A DNA stretch of 63,751 bases, filler included, from Choristocarpus tenellus KU-1152 (GCA_964200185.2; 13 parts of 13 records of this genome joined end to end with filler, not necessarily neighbours in it), one strand, 5' to 3'; shown: positions 39,541 to 53,127, counted from the whole stretch's first letter. Notes: generated from the letters alone by a model not told the origin. A program made the numbers and translations.

Positions 39541-42500
39541 GTATTGCCTGTGCAAGCCAATTACACCTTGCTTAGTGTTTCACTCCTCCTACATTTTTTT
39601 GGGGGAGGGAGCTATTGCATGAGTGAACAAATGCGACTCAACCATAGTTGTTGGTTCACTACAAGAAACTCTCTAGACTTTCTGTACAGGAACAAATCAT
39701 ATCTTGGTTTTCATAGATGTGTATGTTTTCTTCCTTTCCTATATCTCAGTTTCTTCTTACCGGACCTTTTCTGACATCTGGTAGTTCCATCTAGATCAGA
39801 TCATGATGAAAGTGTGAAAATGATAGGAAGAAGAGTACTTGAAGTAAACATAGCTCAGCAACCCCTATACGCACTTTCACAAGTCTCTGCCAACACAGGA
39901 AACTCTACGCTTACTCTCACTCATCCTAGCAACATGATGAAGACCTCTAACACCCTGTAGAAGTCACCCTCCCCAACACACAAATATGACTCATTGAAAA
40001 TAAGCACCTATATGCACATTATTACCCACCCTTCCAATCTAGGGAATCCACAGTCATTTCCAACTCATCCTTTCAACTAGGGGACTCAGACACACACTCT
40101 GACTCATCCTCTTACCACAACCCTACCTCTTATCCCTTTTATATAATTATTTTTAGCCATCAGTCTTTCATCGCAGCAACGATTTGTGGTCATACCTATT
40201 AAGAGCATTGAAAGCATGTATCGTGGAAGTTCTTCGGTGGTATTTCCAACTAGGGAGACAGTCCTTGAGACAGAGATTTCAATCCACAAATGTGCTGATC
40301 ACATGTATAGCGTTGTACTTTCTTTAGGTTGCAGAGGTAGGAAGGACATTGGTAACTTCACATAAATATTTTGTTGGTCCCATTGACCATTCAACTCTCC
40401 CCAAAGTTATTGTAGCGACACTGTCCGTGGGGTGCTTTGCATACCCTCAAGGGATCCAGACACTCATTCTCACCAATCTTACTAACAAAGGGGTCGAGAC
40501 ATGCATGCTCATCTAGAGAATCCTGACCTGTACTCCCACCATGGCACTGTCCCCACCAACTATTATATATTTTTTGTAGTGGTACTGGATATACTTCATA
40601 GAGTTTTGGGGGTTGTGTTGGTACAACCTTCAAAAAGAAGGCACATATTGGTTTACAAAATATTTTTAAAACACCTAGTTGAGCAAGAATAATTTATATT
40701 TTTTAGTTGTGGAAATACTATTTGCATCAAGGATCTAGTTGACTCCACCTACGATATTTACTCACCTGGGCCTATTGGCAAGTGGGACTTGCACCATCAG
40801 CCCCAAGCTCCTTTCCTCCCAATGCTGCCAATGTCACCCAGCAGCCTATTTCCTTCATCCTAACTTAGAGCTAGGTTTACGCTCACTGCCTATCATACAC
40901 CTGAATATCCATCCTCAGGCAGAGATCCTACATCCAAGCCTCCACTCCTAAATCCCTCTCCTCCCAAGACCCTACCCCCCAACACTCTCACCACTGGTAG
41001 CTGGTCTACCCTCATCCATGATAATCCTCTAACCTCCCCTTTGGTCATTCACTCCATGTCATCCTCACCTCCAAATCATTTTGACACGTTGCTGGATGCC
41101 AATCTTCACCCACACCCACACCACATTATTGTAGTAGATGGTTCTTCCTCTACCCAACAACCTCTGGTCCCTCCACCCGTCAGGCCTCCGCTCATCTACC
41201 AGAAGAACCCCCAACTACCCTTTCTCCACCACTCCCCCTGCCCCAGCTCCATGGCCTTTCTCACTATTCATATGAGATAATAACAGCAAATATCTCCCCA
41301 ACAAAAGCACCAGCCCGTACCTTAATGTAAATCCGTACGCATTGCCCAAAAAGCTGCAAACCTTTCAAGGCTCACCTTCCATCCACCCACACTACCTACA
41401 ACTGAATCAAACACCCAGTCATCTGGATCACCATGCCCTATCCCTCCCAATATTTTTCCCTGTACCAGGCAGTATCACTGTGCGAAGAAGACAAACAACC
41501 TGCCCCAGCCCCAATACTCTACCATGTTTGCAAAATTGAGACGTTCCACCTACCTGACTGTTTAACTTATGCCATCATCTATCAGTTTCTCTACTTGCCA
41601 ACCTGTCAACCATGTCCAAAAGTACCCCACACACTTGTTGGAACTAATGCTAATTTGTAGCATCTGAAGGTCAGAAAATGGCCATTGATTGAGTCCAAGG
41701 ACTGACTTCTGTGCCCACATTTTCTCCTACACGAGCCCTGTAGTAGTGAAGTACCTCATTGACCAGAGTTATTATCTAGTCCTACTTCACATCACTTTCC
41801 AACCCATTACCTGTCCAATGTCCAGTGGCCCCTCTCGTACTAGCCCCTCCCTCCTTCTCATGACACCATCTGTGCTTGGAATGTCTGAAACTAAAAGAGT
41901 TGATCAAAATGAAACACCCCAGCACCAGTCCTTCACTGCGAATCAGTTACGCGGGTGTGTTGTGCCTCCTCCTGCAGGCTACCTCCCACCCAACCAAACA
42001 CCTAACCAATCACGTGTATCATGCTGGTCTTTCTACCAACAATACCTCAATATCACATATCTGATCCTGCATGAACATAAGTCAGGATGTTCAAGCCTTC
42101 ACCTTGCTGTACATTGCAATTAGTTGCTTACTGACAGGTATTAGCATTTCACAGTTGATACAGTCCAACTCATAACAAATTGGTGTCATTATTTCCGAAA
42201 CCATATATCCAACCTGAAAAAAAATGAAGCCCAAGCAAATTTTTGTTCCTGGCAAGAGGCATGTGAGGTTCAAGGCCTCAGCCTTCAAGACATAGAGAGA
42301 GGTGAGGAGATAGCTGGAGTGAAAACACACACAAGAGGCAGAACCACATCATAGTCGTTTCTGCAGGAGAACAGTTCACAATAGGTGAAGATACTGAATT
42401 GTTGCACCAAAGAGAAATGTGTCCCCTTAGCATTAATTACCTTTCACGGGTAAGGTCTCCCTCACTCCACAGGAGAGGTGAGAATGAACTTATATCGTCC

Positions 42501-44279
42501 TATTTCCAACGAATTGAATAGCAAATGGAGGCCAAGAAAAGTACATAAAGCAGGACCAAGGGAGTAAATGTTGTTGACTTGTCAATGACCTGCTGGTGTG
42601 GATGGCAGATCAGAGACTACCACCAACTACATACTCATGGGTGGACGGGCCGGCATAACTGTATAAAATCATACCACTGATACATAGATTTAACACCGAT
42701 GATCGTGAAACTAATCCATCCTAACATCAATAGTTTCTTTCAAAAGTCATACCGTACTGCCATCTACGCCATTTCTGTTTCTTTTTATTCCCAGAGCAGA
42801 ACACCACACTCCGATGTATGCATTGGCACAAGCATTACAACTTTTTTTTTGTTGACCTTGATTGATGCTTTAATAATAATAAAAAAAGGAGTGCTAAGCA
42901 CTTCACGAAATTCACTTTCTGAAAAGACAAAACAGTAAATACGCATCTCATATTAGTAAAAAAAAAAAAAACGCTCAAGTCTATATACACACATTCTGGT
43001 CACACATACACATACAAGGTCGTCAGTCAGTCACTTCCTCGCATCAGTCCCCCCCCTTCCAAGTGCCATATCCAGACCCTTCTCAAGGACGGCCGTGGTG
43101 AGACTGAAGGCTGTGCCTGCTGCAGCGCTAACAGCTGCCCGTACCCTCTGTGAGCTGGTTGGCATGCGCACCTACACATCAGGAGGATGTGGGGGTGGCA
43201 GGGGCAGTAAGTAGCGAGAAATTCTGATGAACCAACCAACCAGATGATGCTGAGGAAAGGCATCTCATTACTCAGGGAAAGGGAAATGCTTGCACAGGAC
43301 CACCACTCGAGACAAGGCTAAGTCTCGCTCCACCAATTGTACAGCACAGAGTGAGATCATGAGCCAGTCAGTTCAAAACAGAATGGCACTACAGAAGTAG
43401 TTGGTAGGAGTATGGAATATACACAGTCACAACAATGGCAGTTCTTACTCAAAACCGAAAAAACCATACACAAGGTGAAAGCAGAGGGGACTGACGGGGC
43501 ACCTGGCGGTGTGAGTGGAAAGTTGAACTTCCCAAAAGGTAGCAAATAGTATGAAAGTTACTACAGCTGTGCGTTGGCATTGTTAGAAAGGGATAGAAAT
43601 GACACCTATCAGGGAAAAACGGTAAAATATTAATGGTAAGTTTTGCATGAGGAGGCGTATGTAAACACACTTGTATACCGTCACACACACATCGCATGTC
43701 AAACCAAAAATCAAAGAGATTTCAGCAACCGCAGATCAGATTTGCATAGATACATACAAAATGCATACATACTATATACATACATATATATCCCACTGTC
43801 CTGTATTAATTTCAAAATATTTTTTTTTTTTTGCTTTTTTTTGGCATTTTTTCTTCCTGAATACGAAGACTTTCCTATCGACGTATGACCTCAAATTGAA
43901 GCTCCGGACACAAAATAATTGCAGGAGATCTTGTTCTTCGCATTTTTTTATGAAACAATTCTGAAATGTATTCCGAAAATTGTAACCAAAAAAAAAACGG
44001 TCCTTTTTTGGCATAATTTTCAGTGGTTGCGCTGTGCCTGGCGTCAGGTACAATCCCTCCCCATCGTCACACAACATCTCAGCACCTCGTGTACCTCAGC
44101 ACCAAGAGCAGTACAACTCCTGATTAGCCTTCGACCTTTTGCGACATGAGTTCTGTGGCCAATATGGTCACTCTGGGGAGTCCGCCATCTTTCACTGGGA
44201 AACCATCGGCTCAGGGTAAATAAACGCGAGCTAAGCTAGGACGGTCAAAATGCACTGGCTCTACACTCTGCTTTAGCGA

Positions 44280-44985
44280 TATAAACGCGAGCTAAGCGAG
44301 GACGGTGAAAAATGCACTGGCTCTACACTCTGCTTTAACATTACATTCCCGTAAGAAACGCCTTCCAAAAGGCATTGGACCAGAGTTGGCAGAGTTGGCG
44401 AACAGTATCCGAGGCAATTGTCCAATGGCGTGTGTTTGAGCACGATTGGACAATGGCGAGGTACTTCACAGAAATCAGCATCATGAAGTGGGCGGCCATC
44501 CGACTCGTCGCAATGAAAAAAAAGCATGTGAAGATGATTCAAAAGGTCAACAGCCTGACCCTTGATCAGCTGTCCGTCAAGCTAAGCTAGTCGGATATAT
44601 CGGTCTCCTAGCTGGCAGTTCAAAGCTTCAGCAACGGCTCAAAGTGATATGGGCGCAACGAACGTGAAACTTCACGTTACCCCGAGCGTGTCCGACCTCA
44701 ACACGATATACCCATACCGACAGATCATGGTTCTAACTCATCCGCAACAGGGCAACAGGGGGGGGCATCTGCATGTCATGTCCCCTGGGGAGGAACATGT
44801 GGGCTCCACCAAGGTAGAGCACAAGAGTCACATCCCTAAGGTCATGTACATCAGCCGCGTTTCGGGCCCAGATCCTTACCTCAATTTTGATCGCAAGATG
44901 AGAATCTGGGGAGTTTGTATCATCAAGCAGGTGCAGAGAAATTCGGCCCACCACGAACGAGAGGGGGCAGCAGTATGACTTCAAT
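44280..44985 (+). mobile_element. Mariner (DD39D-like) remnant with internal deletion
   Basis: KVEHKSHIPKVMYISRVSGPDPYLNFDRKMRIWGV..QRNSAHH; ~60-bp tandem duplication at 44219-44339. Confidence 0.75.
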
Positions 44986-45265
44986 GTGATCATACTTCAA
45001 TGTGATCATACTTCAATGTGATCATACTTCAATGTGATCATATTTCAATGTGATCATACTTCAATGTGATCATATTTCAATGTGATCATACTTCAATGTG
45101 ATCATACTTTGATGTGATCATACTTCAATGTGACCATACTTCAATGTGACCATACTTTGATGTGATCATACTTCAATGTGATCATACTTCAATGTGATCA
45201 TACTTCAATGTGATCATACTTCAATGTGATCATACTTCAATGTGACCATACTTCAATGTGACAAT
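44980..45265 (+). repeat. Minisatellite, 16-bp unit TTCAATGTGATCATAC, ~18 copies
   Basis: Directly visible; few variants (GACC for GATC, TTTGAT). Confidence 0.97.
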
Positions 45266-45705
45266 ACATAGATGCGAGTANNNNNNNNNNNNNNNNNNNN
45301 NNNNNNNNNNNNNNNNNNNNNNNNTTAATTAATTAANNNNNNNNNNNNNNNNNNNNNNNNNNNNNNNNNNNNNNNNNNNNCAGCTGCCACAATTGTCATC
45401 TACTTTTGACATATAGCTATAAATCATTTTACTCACTCTGTTAACTTGTTCCTCCTCCCCCCCCCCTGCAGAACTCTCTTCTATTTTCGGCCCCATCTGT
45501 ATGCAGTTGAACGTGGCACACCTCAACACGCCTTCCAAATTCGTATTATCCTTGCACAATCCAATCAGAACTATGTGGGGGGACACACATACACAAAGGG
45601 AGAGAGTTGCCAACATTAAATAAATAAAAAAAAAACTTTCGATGCTAAAATGTTCCCACATGCCTTTTTGGTTGGTCACACCTCGTCTCGCCTCCCAATT
45701 TTTAG

Positions 45706-47638
45706 GAAGGACATGGTCGGATCGGCGGGGAAGCTGGCGGAATTCAGTGAGCTGGATAGGTCGCTCACCTTCGATGATGTGGCTGGAGTGGATGAGGCCA
45801 AGGGTCAGCTTCAGGTGTGACAAGTGATGGGAGGCGTGTGCTGTGTGTTTATTGGTGTGCACTGGTGATTTTTTGAATAGGTTAGGGTTAGGGAAGATAT
45901 AAGTCTGCCCCACGTGCGCAGGGACGTGAAGAGGAAGATTTTGGTGCCTTTTTTTGATACATGTGTGTGTGTGTGTGTGTGTGTTGATTTTTTTTTTTCA
46001 TTCTTGAAGTGTTGTATATAGAATGTACGGTTTTTATACTGCGGTCTCGTTTTTTTTTTGTTTTTTTAACTAAGTGTGTTTTTTTGGGGGGCTGTTGTTG
46101 AAGTTGGAAATTAGTTTTTTTTTGGTGGAGAGAGGTAAATGTACGAAATCTGTTGTGGACGTATTTTTATGTGAATTTAGCTTGTGCGTGCATATTGAAT
46201 TTAGTTCAACCAGGGAGAGAGAGAGAGACAGGTGTCTGTCTGTTTGTCTCCCTGGTTGAACTATTCTACACCTCTTGGGTGTAGAATGAAAAAAAGCTCG
46301 AAATACAGCAGTTACATCATTTTTTCAAACTACAAACTATCCTCTCATCACTAAGAATATATATATATATATTGTTATCAAGTGTAGGAGCTGGTGTCAA
46401 TGATAAGGGACCCTACGCCATACATCAATGCCGGGGCTCGCCTCCCCAGTGGTTTGATCATGGTAGGGCCACCTGGAACTGGGAAGACACTCATGGCCAG
46501 GGTTATGGCAGCTGAGGCAGGCGTACCGGTGAGGACCCTTTGGTTGAAGAGGGGCTGGGGGGGGGGGGGGGGGGAAGAAGTAAGCTGGTGGAGATTAGTT
46601 TTGCTGAGTATTGGTCTGTATATGGTCTACACTGCGTTCCTTGTTGACAAAATTAAGGTATACGTGTAGAAGTGTGTCGCTGTTGAGAGTAGGAATGATG
46701 TTTGATGACACCAACAAGGCCTTTGCAACTGCTAATTGAGCGTGTCCGGTCCAGCCACTGAAGTTAGGGTTAACTGCTGATAGGTCAGGTTTGGCCACGC
46801 TTGTACAAGCACCTCTTGCGCTTGCAGAAACCCTAACCCTAGCCCTTCAGAAACTGTGAGACAACGGATCACTCCTCTGCGCCATTAACCCTAACCCTTC
46901 GTTGTTCCAGCAAAAAAAGAACCGTATCGATGCTCCTGATAGTGCTGATCTTATGGTAAGCTAGGCCTTGTTTGATGGTATGTATTTTGCATCACTTGTT
47001 TGTCCTTACTCATCACTTTTTGTTACTGACATGAAGGTACCATGAACACCTCAAACCATCTCAACATGATGCCCTTCAGGTGATCTCAGTCGTTACCCCC
47101 ATTCCTTCCCTCCCCACCCCTCACTGACTGTGACTGCAACATGTGGGTTCCTGTTCTTGGCGGAAAATGTTTGGTGTGGCTCTTGATAATGGTACTTGGT
47201 TCTATTATTCTTGGTGATGTAATTAGCACTAATGTACTTGGTACTAATGTACTATTGTACACGTTACTAATGTAATTGGTACTAATGTACTTGGTACTAT
47301 TGTACTATTGCACATGTTACTAATGTAATTGGTACTAATGTACTTGGTACTAATGTGCTTGTACTATTGTACTTGGTACTATTATACTTGGTACTAATGT
47401 ACTTGGTACTAATGTGCTTGTACTATTGTACTAATGTACTTACACTTGGTGCCAATGTGCTTTCTGTACCAAACAACAGTTCTTCTACTCTTCAGGGTCG
47501 GACTTTGTTGAAATGTTTGTGGGTCGTGGTGCTGCTCGAGTGCGTAAGCTGTTTGCCAAGGCCGGTAAGGCTGCCCCTTGCATTGTGTTCCTGGACGAGC
47601 TCGATGCACTGGGAAAGGAGAGGTCCAGGGGTAGGGAG
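45706..47638 (+). CDS. ftsH: FtsH-family AAA+ protease, internal exons 45706-45814, 46388-46528, 47480-47638 (partial)
   Basis: [17 protein letters not shown]|[31 protein letters not shown]|[39 protein letters not shown] (Walker A and B). Confidence 0.93.
47221..47462 (+). repeat. Intronic ~15-bp tandem repeat GTACTAATGTACTTG next to the 3' splice site
   Basis: Visible repeat with variants, ending ~17 nt before the AG at 47478-47479. Confidence 0.92.
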
Positions 47639-48370
47639 GTGAGTAGAGACTGAATGGGAGGGACTGATATGACTGAATGAATTGATGTGGTGATGCATGG
47701 TTCCACACGGGTCATCTTTTTTTTTTTTCTGTTTGAAGTTGAAAATGTGACCATAATTGAGGCGTTTTTTTTCCATTAAATATATGATAGTTGTTGTGAG
47801 TCCTATCAGTGAGAGTTTGTTTTTTGTTGTTAAAAAAAAAATGATTTTTTTTGAATATTTTAGTGTAATGGTTCAAAATGTACTTGTGTTGTCCATGCAG
47901 TTTTGAGTACGGAATGGAATAGTTGTTTCAGATGTGTATGCATGTGGGACACTTATGTTGACATCCCTGTCATGGCAGGTGTGTTGTCTCCTACGGATTA
48001 TGTATTGTGAACTCTCCAACTTATGATACACACTACTGGTAGTTGATACAGATGATCTTGTGGTAAAGGGTTAGGGTAACATCTTTTTTGTTTCCAGCAT
48101 CTGCAGTATGGTATGACTGTGAAATAATAATAAAAATGTATTGGAGGTATACCTTATACCATCACACCAATCCAATGAATCTCCACTATCTGTTAGACGA
48201 AAATCTCCTTATTTGTTCTCAAAATTGTCAGTCCAAAGATTTTTTATTTTATTTTATTTTTTGGGGGGGGNNNNNNNNNNNNNNNNNNNNNNNNNNNNNN
48301 NNNNNNNNNNNNNNTTAATTAATTAANNNNNNNNNNNNNNNNNNNNNNNNNNNNNNNNNNNNNNNNNNNN

Positions 48371-49382
48371 GCGTCAGGTGACAATGAAGATGGTCGCCAA
48401 GAGACTGAGTTATGGCATGAGCACCATAAGCAGGTGGTTGGATGATATGGGGGCCATGCCGAATCACCGCTGGATCAAACCCAAGCATAAATCGTGGCAA
48501 AAGGTATGGAGAATGGACTTTGTTTGCGATCAAGTGAACCGGAAACATGGTGTGTACACCTCCATGGTGAACACAATCCATGTGACTGAAACCTGGATAT
48601 ACGTTACGGCTGATGGGGAAAGGGTTAGGGTATTTCCGCATGAGGATGATAGTGACCTTCCAGGGTCCCCTAATGTGCCGCACAAGAGTCATATCCCCAA
48701 AACCATGATCATTGCGGCCAGAACCCAACCAGATTCGGCTCACAGCTTAGATGAAAAGCTTGGTGTTTGGCGTGTGTGTGCACCAAAAACGACAGGCAGC
48801 ACAAGCAAGAACCATAAAATGGGGTGTGTGTATGATGAGCAGGACTATACTTTAGACCATTTGCAGTAGAGGAAGTGGTACACGGAGGAGTTACTCCCTG
48901 CAATCAAGACCAAGATGCCTTGGTTGCAGGGGAAGGATGTTGTCGTTCATCAAGACGGTGCCATCCCCCACACGAGAAGGGCAACTCAGAAATCTTGTGA
49001 GGGGCAGGGAAGACTGAGGGGTGGTCGATTAGGCTTGTGATGCGGTCATCTAACTCTCCTGACCTCAATATCATGGACCTGTGCTTGCTTCTTCAGGTCT
49101 TTGAAATTTCGGGTGATGGGGGAGTGGTTTGGATCCAACAAGGAGATGGTGAAGGTCAATATGAAACAGTATGAGGAGTACGATGAAACCGCACTTGAGA
49201 GGGCTTGGCAGCTCCTTTTAGTGTTATACAATCAAGTACTTAGATACAAAGGGGGGAATGACTTCATTGTGGAGCACACAGGGGTAAGGAAGAGGCAGTT
49301 GTTTGGTGAGATTGAAAACACGCCACAGGTAGACATGGAGGCATTTTCTCTGGCTGATAACATTGTAATGGATGGGGAGTAA
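48371..49382 (+). mobile_element. Mariner (DD39D-like) transposase pseudogene
   Basis: IHVTETWIY, HKSHIPKTMIIAA, LLPAIKTKMPW, VHQDGAIPH, NSPDLNIMDL; stops and frameshifts. Confidence 0.9.
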
Positions 49383-50700
49383 CAATAAGAAGAAGAATAC
49401 CAGGTTGTTGACGTTGAGGTCAGGTGAGGCTGAGTCTCTATGACAATGTCGTCTACTCCAGCCTCCTTGATTGCCTCCATGATCCCCCCCTTGATGTGTG
49501 GCTTTGCCCTGTCCTGCTGCATGAAAATGATATGTCCTTCCAGCCAAGGCATGCGGGACTTGATTGCAGAGATGACATCTCGATCATGAGCTTCTGTACC
49601 TCTCCCCGTTCACTGTGGCTGGCACAAGAATCTTGGTGCCCTTGGGGCAGTGTTTGCTGGAGTGCTGAGCGACCTTAGTGTCCACAATTGGCCTGATCCC
49701 GATTTCCCATCGAACCACAACCATCAGAGAGCTTACTAGGTTGGTCCACAGCTGCAAGGAACATCACTTTTGTAATCTAACACTTATTCTGTGCCCATCA
49801 GGGTTTGGGAGGGTCCTCAGTGGGGTGGAGATACACACCTTGCCCATCTCTGAGGATGTAAAGCCAATTCTCGTTCACATGTTAAGGTGTTCTTGGCGAT
49901 CTGTTGTCCCACACAACCAGTTCTATTATTGTTTATTAGCTTGTATCACGGTTGAGAAAAAAGTGAGACACCATCAATAGATGATGGGGCTTATCAAACC
50001 TGACAGCAAATAACTCTGAATACCAAATGACTCAACAGTTCTCTAGAACACGTCAGAAACACTCCGACTCTAAGATTCCGTCAAATTTGTTCCGGTCAAA
50101 TACCCCACCAAAATATCCTTAATGTCCCACATCATCGGTTGTGCGTACATAAAATATGACTTTGAATCATATTCTCACAAATGGTCAAACACAATCTTGA
50201 CACATATGCACCCAGTTGAACAGATCATCCACAAATACCCCACTTCCTACCCTCCTGCTCATGCGGCTGATGACGAAATCCAACCTGTTGACTTTCTGCT
50301 GGTGTGAGAGGACTGGCTCTATCTGCCAATTCACCTTCTCAACCTTCTCGTGCTTGCACAGATCCCATAACGAGGCAAAGGGAGGCCCAGGTTTGGCCCG
50401 CCCATTTGTGGAAAGATGTGCAGCGTACCAATGGATCATCCAAAATGTCGATACTTGTATGGCGGCCACATCGCCCCCTTGCGATATCGTACGATATCCA
50501 TGCATTCACCCCATGCAATCTGGCTGCCATACTCCTTCGGATGATGGAACAAGGTGATTCAGGAAATTGCCAAGTCCTCCACGATGGCCATCGCTGTCCC
50601 CCAAGGCATCTGAGCCTCACGCCCTCTCACCTACAGGCATTGCGCCACCACGCTTTTCTTTGTTGGGGGGTGTGAGTCCTGACCCCGGACAGACTTCTGG
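49383..50700 (-). mobile_element. Second mariner (DD39D-like) pseudogene, interrupted by a solo LTR
   Basis: PVLSHQQKVNRLDF..FNWVH|VNENWLY..KVMFLAAV..QQDRAKPH..SPDLNVN; 5' boundary approximate. Confidence 0.85.
49880..50202. mobile_element. Solo LTR (323 bp)
   Basis: TGTTAAG...CTTGACA termini; flanks CACA/CATA; removing it with one 4-bp flank restores the mariner frame WVHVNE. Confidence 0.85.
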
Positions 50701-51515
50701 GTCGAAGAATTGGGACCAATGGGCAACGACAGGATGAGTGAGTTGCTTAAACGACGGGAGGACTTCGTCCTACAGAACAAATAAACACCCACTTTGACGG
50801 TTTCATGAGGTTTTTAAATCGAGTCAAACGCAACTCAGTCAGCTTTGCAGTGGTGGTCCTCCACAGTCATGACAGCCCACCATCTCAAGCTTCCCACGCC
50901 TCCCAATCTATATGAGAACTTAGGGTTTATAACGTGGGTTGTTCCCAGTAGGGAATGGAGCTCGCAAAAGTTATATTACATTTGATTCCGAAAGGAGGAA
51001 GCATATATGTAGCGAAATATTCTAGTAACCATTTACGCATTTGACCCCTGACAAATGAGTGTACAAAACATCTTTAAGTCACAGATACCCCCAGTCACCC
51101 CAACACTAAACATACAACAATGCATTTGCATTCAGTTCTTAACATTTAATAGTCTCCAAAAAATTAGAGTAGAAAATAATATAGAACTATCAATATTTAG
51201 TATATTTGGTACTTGAAGTAGTAGCATATGATACAAGATACAAGTAGAGTGAATGGTAAATTGTAAGGCATGGCCACAATGTACCCAGTCCAAGTGTCAA
51301 AAGAATATTACCTTGCCGCCTTAGGAAAAAAATGTTCTACCACATTTGAGTCCATGACTGGAGCCACCGGCCAGCCATGTAAAACCACCTTGGAACGTGA
51401 ATTAGCCCATGGTAATACGGTCGACAGTGGATACACCAAATGCCAAGCCTGGTGAAATGCCCTGGAATTTCACCTCCCATTTCTAAAGTCTGTCATTCTA
51501 AATACATGCCAACCT

Positions 51516-51721
51516 GGCTCAAAGTATCTGGGATGGGGCGAGGGGGGTCCACACCAGGGTGTCTATTCGGGTCCTGACCAGGAAAAGTGCACTCACATTA
51601 TCTATCTCACGCATGCAACCAAATCACCCAAAAATCACAACATGGAAATATGGGCCTAAAATGGACAGCCACCCCCCCCCCACCCCCCCCCCCCCCCCCC
51701 CCCCACACCACCCCCACCCCC
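51516..51721. mobile_element. MITE family A, nearly complete
   Basis: GGCTCAAAGTATCTGGG start; reverse complement of 460-643; ends in a C-run at the contig break. Confidence 0.88.
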
Positions 51722-51821
51722 NNNNNNNNNNNNNNNNNNNNNNNNNNNNNNNNNNNNNNNNNNNNTTAATTAATTAANNNNNNNNNNNNNNNNNNNNNNN
51801 NNNNNNNNNNNNNNNNNNNNN

Positions 51822-51989
51822 TATCTGAGGGGGGGTGGCGGCTGTCCATTTGGGGTCCATTTTTTCATGTCGCGATTTTTGGGTGATTTGGTTCCATGGG
51901 TCGCATGGATAATGTAAGCACACTTCTCCTGGACACAGGGCCCGAATGGACACCCTAGTGTAGACCCCCCCCCCCAGATACTTTGAGCC
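51822..51989. mobile_element. MITE family A, nearly complete
   Basis: Colinear with 460-643; ends CCCAGATACTTTGAGCC. Confidence 0.88.
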
Positions 51990-53127
51990 TTCGATCAAAT
52001 AGCGATACTTTCCAAGGTTAATTATACGGATAGAGTTGGAGGATTCTATTCATAACAAAGATTACCGACTTGCTGAATGAAGACTGACCATGAAGTATCT
52101 CCCTCCACTGTTTCATCATGAGTCCTTGTTCTCTCAGTGTCTGACCAGATTCAGCCCCCATTTGGTGAGAGATACTGACTCTGGTCCTCTCTACGTTGAA
52201 CCCTTGCAGGTTTTAGCAGAAACCACTTTGTGTGGCATGATAATTCGACTCGCGACTTCAAATTGCCATGCTGGATTGCTTAGATGATGATTACACACCA
52301 ACTTATCACTACCGACAATATCAATGAAAAGAAGGGCGGATACGGGCAATGGGCTTGGAGGTAGACCAGTCCAGATATTTACCTCTGCAGAGTCAGGGAA
52401 ACGCGAGTAGGCTGGGAAAAACTTTTATCGCTGGAACGAAACAGCACACTAAGGAAAGTGGCAATATCACGAAAGGTGGCACAAGCACTGGCATGACTGA
52501 GTATCGTGCCAGGGGCAACACTAGTAGTAGCACGGGTATGTTTCATGCAACTACTGGTACAGCTAGGCCTCGTATCATGTATGACACAGCTGGTTCTTAT
52601 GTCGACACGATCATATTTCATATCGAATGAGTAATCGTAGTAGTGGTCGTAGCACTGTTGGGTCTCATGTGAAATGTGACAAGTGCTGGACAATATAGTC
52701 ATGTTGGTTCGTACACTCTGGACTGAAGTTTCCAATTTAATGGGGAGAGATGAGGCTTTGTATATATATATATAATATCGCCAGGAGAGGGCGAGCCTAT
52801 CCATTGAGGAGGAGGTCTTGCCTGGGGCAGGGGAGCGAGTAAAGTTCATGGTTGACAGAGATCAGATGAGAGAGAGTATTTGGGATAGAGACATGGTGTT
52901 TTGATTCAGGGACGTCCAAGAGTGTGACCAACAACCCAAAATACATGTACAATTTCAGACGCTGTCATTGTGGCTAAAGTGGTACCAGTAGCTTCGCCCT
53001 CTGTGGCAATCTTGAATTTGTTCATGGGAATATCACAACAGATGTACAACAATATATATATCAAATGATAGGGTATGATAAGAGCTTTTGAAGGTTTGTA
53101 TCCACGAATGTCCAGGCTTCAGGGAAC

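Noticed and set aside
39800-42400. Possible minus-strand LINE remnant
   Set aside because: Composition is suggestive, but no motif could be read with confidence.
43027-43560. Possible small minus-strand exons
   Set aside because: Candidate splice sites did not give a consistent open frame or a recognisable protein.
44980-45265. CRISPR-like array
   Set aside because: Head-to-tail 16-bp units with no unique spacers and no cas genes; the same applies to 27962-28318 and 47221-47462.
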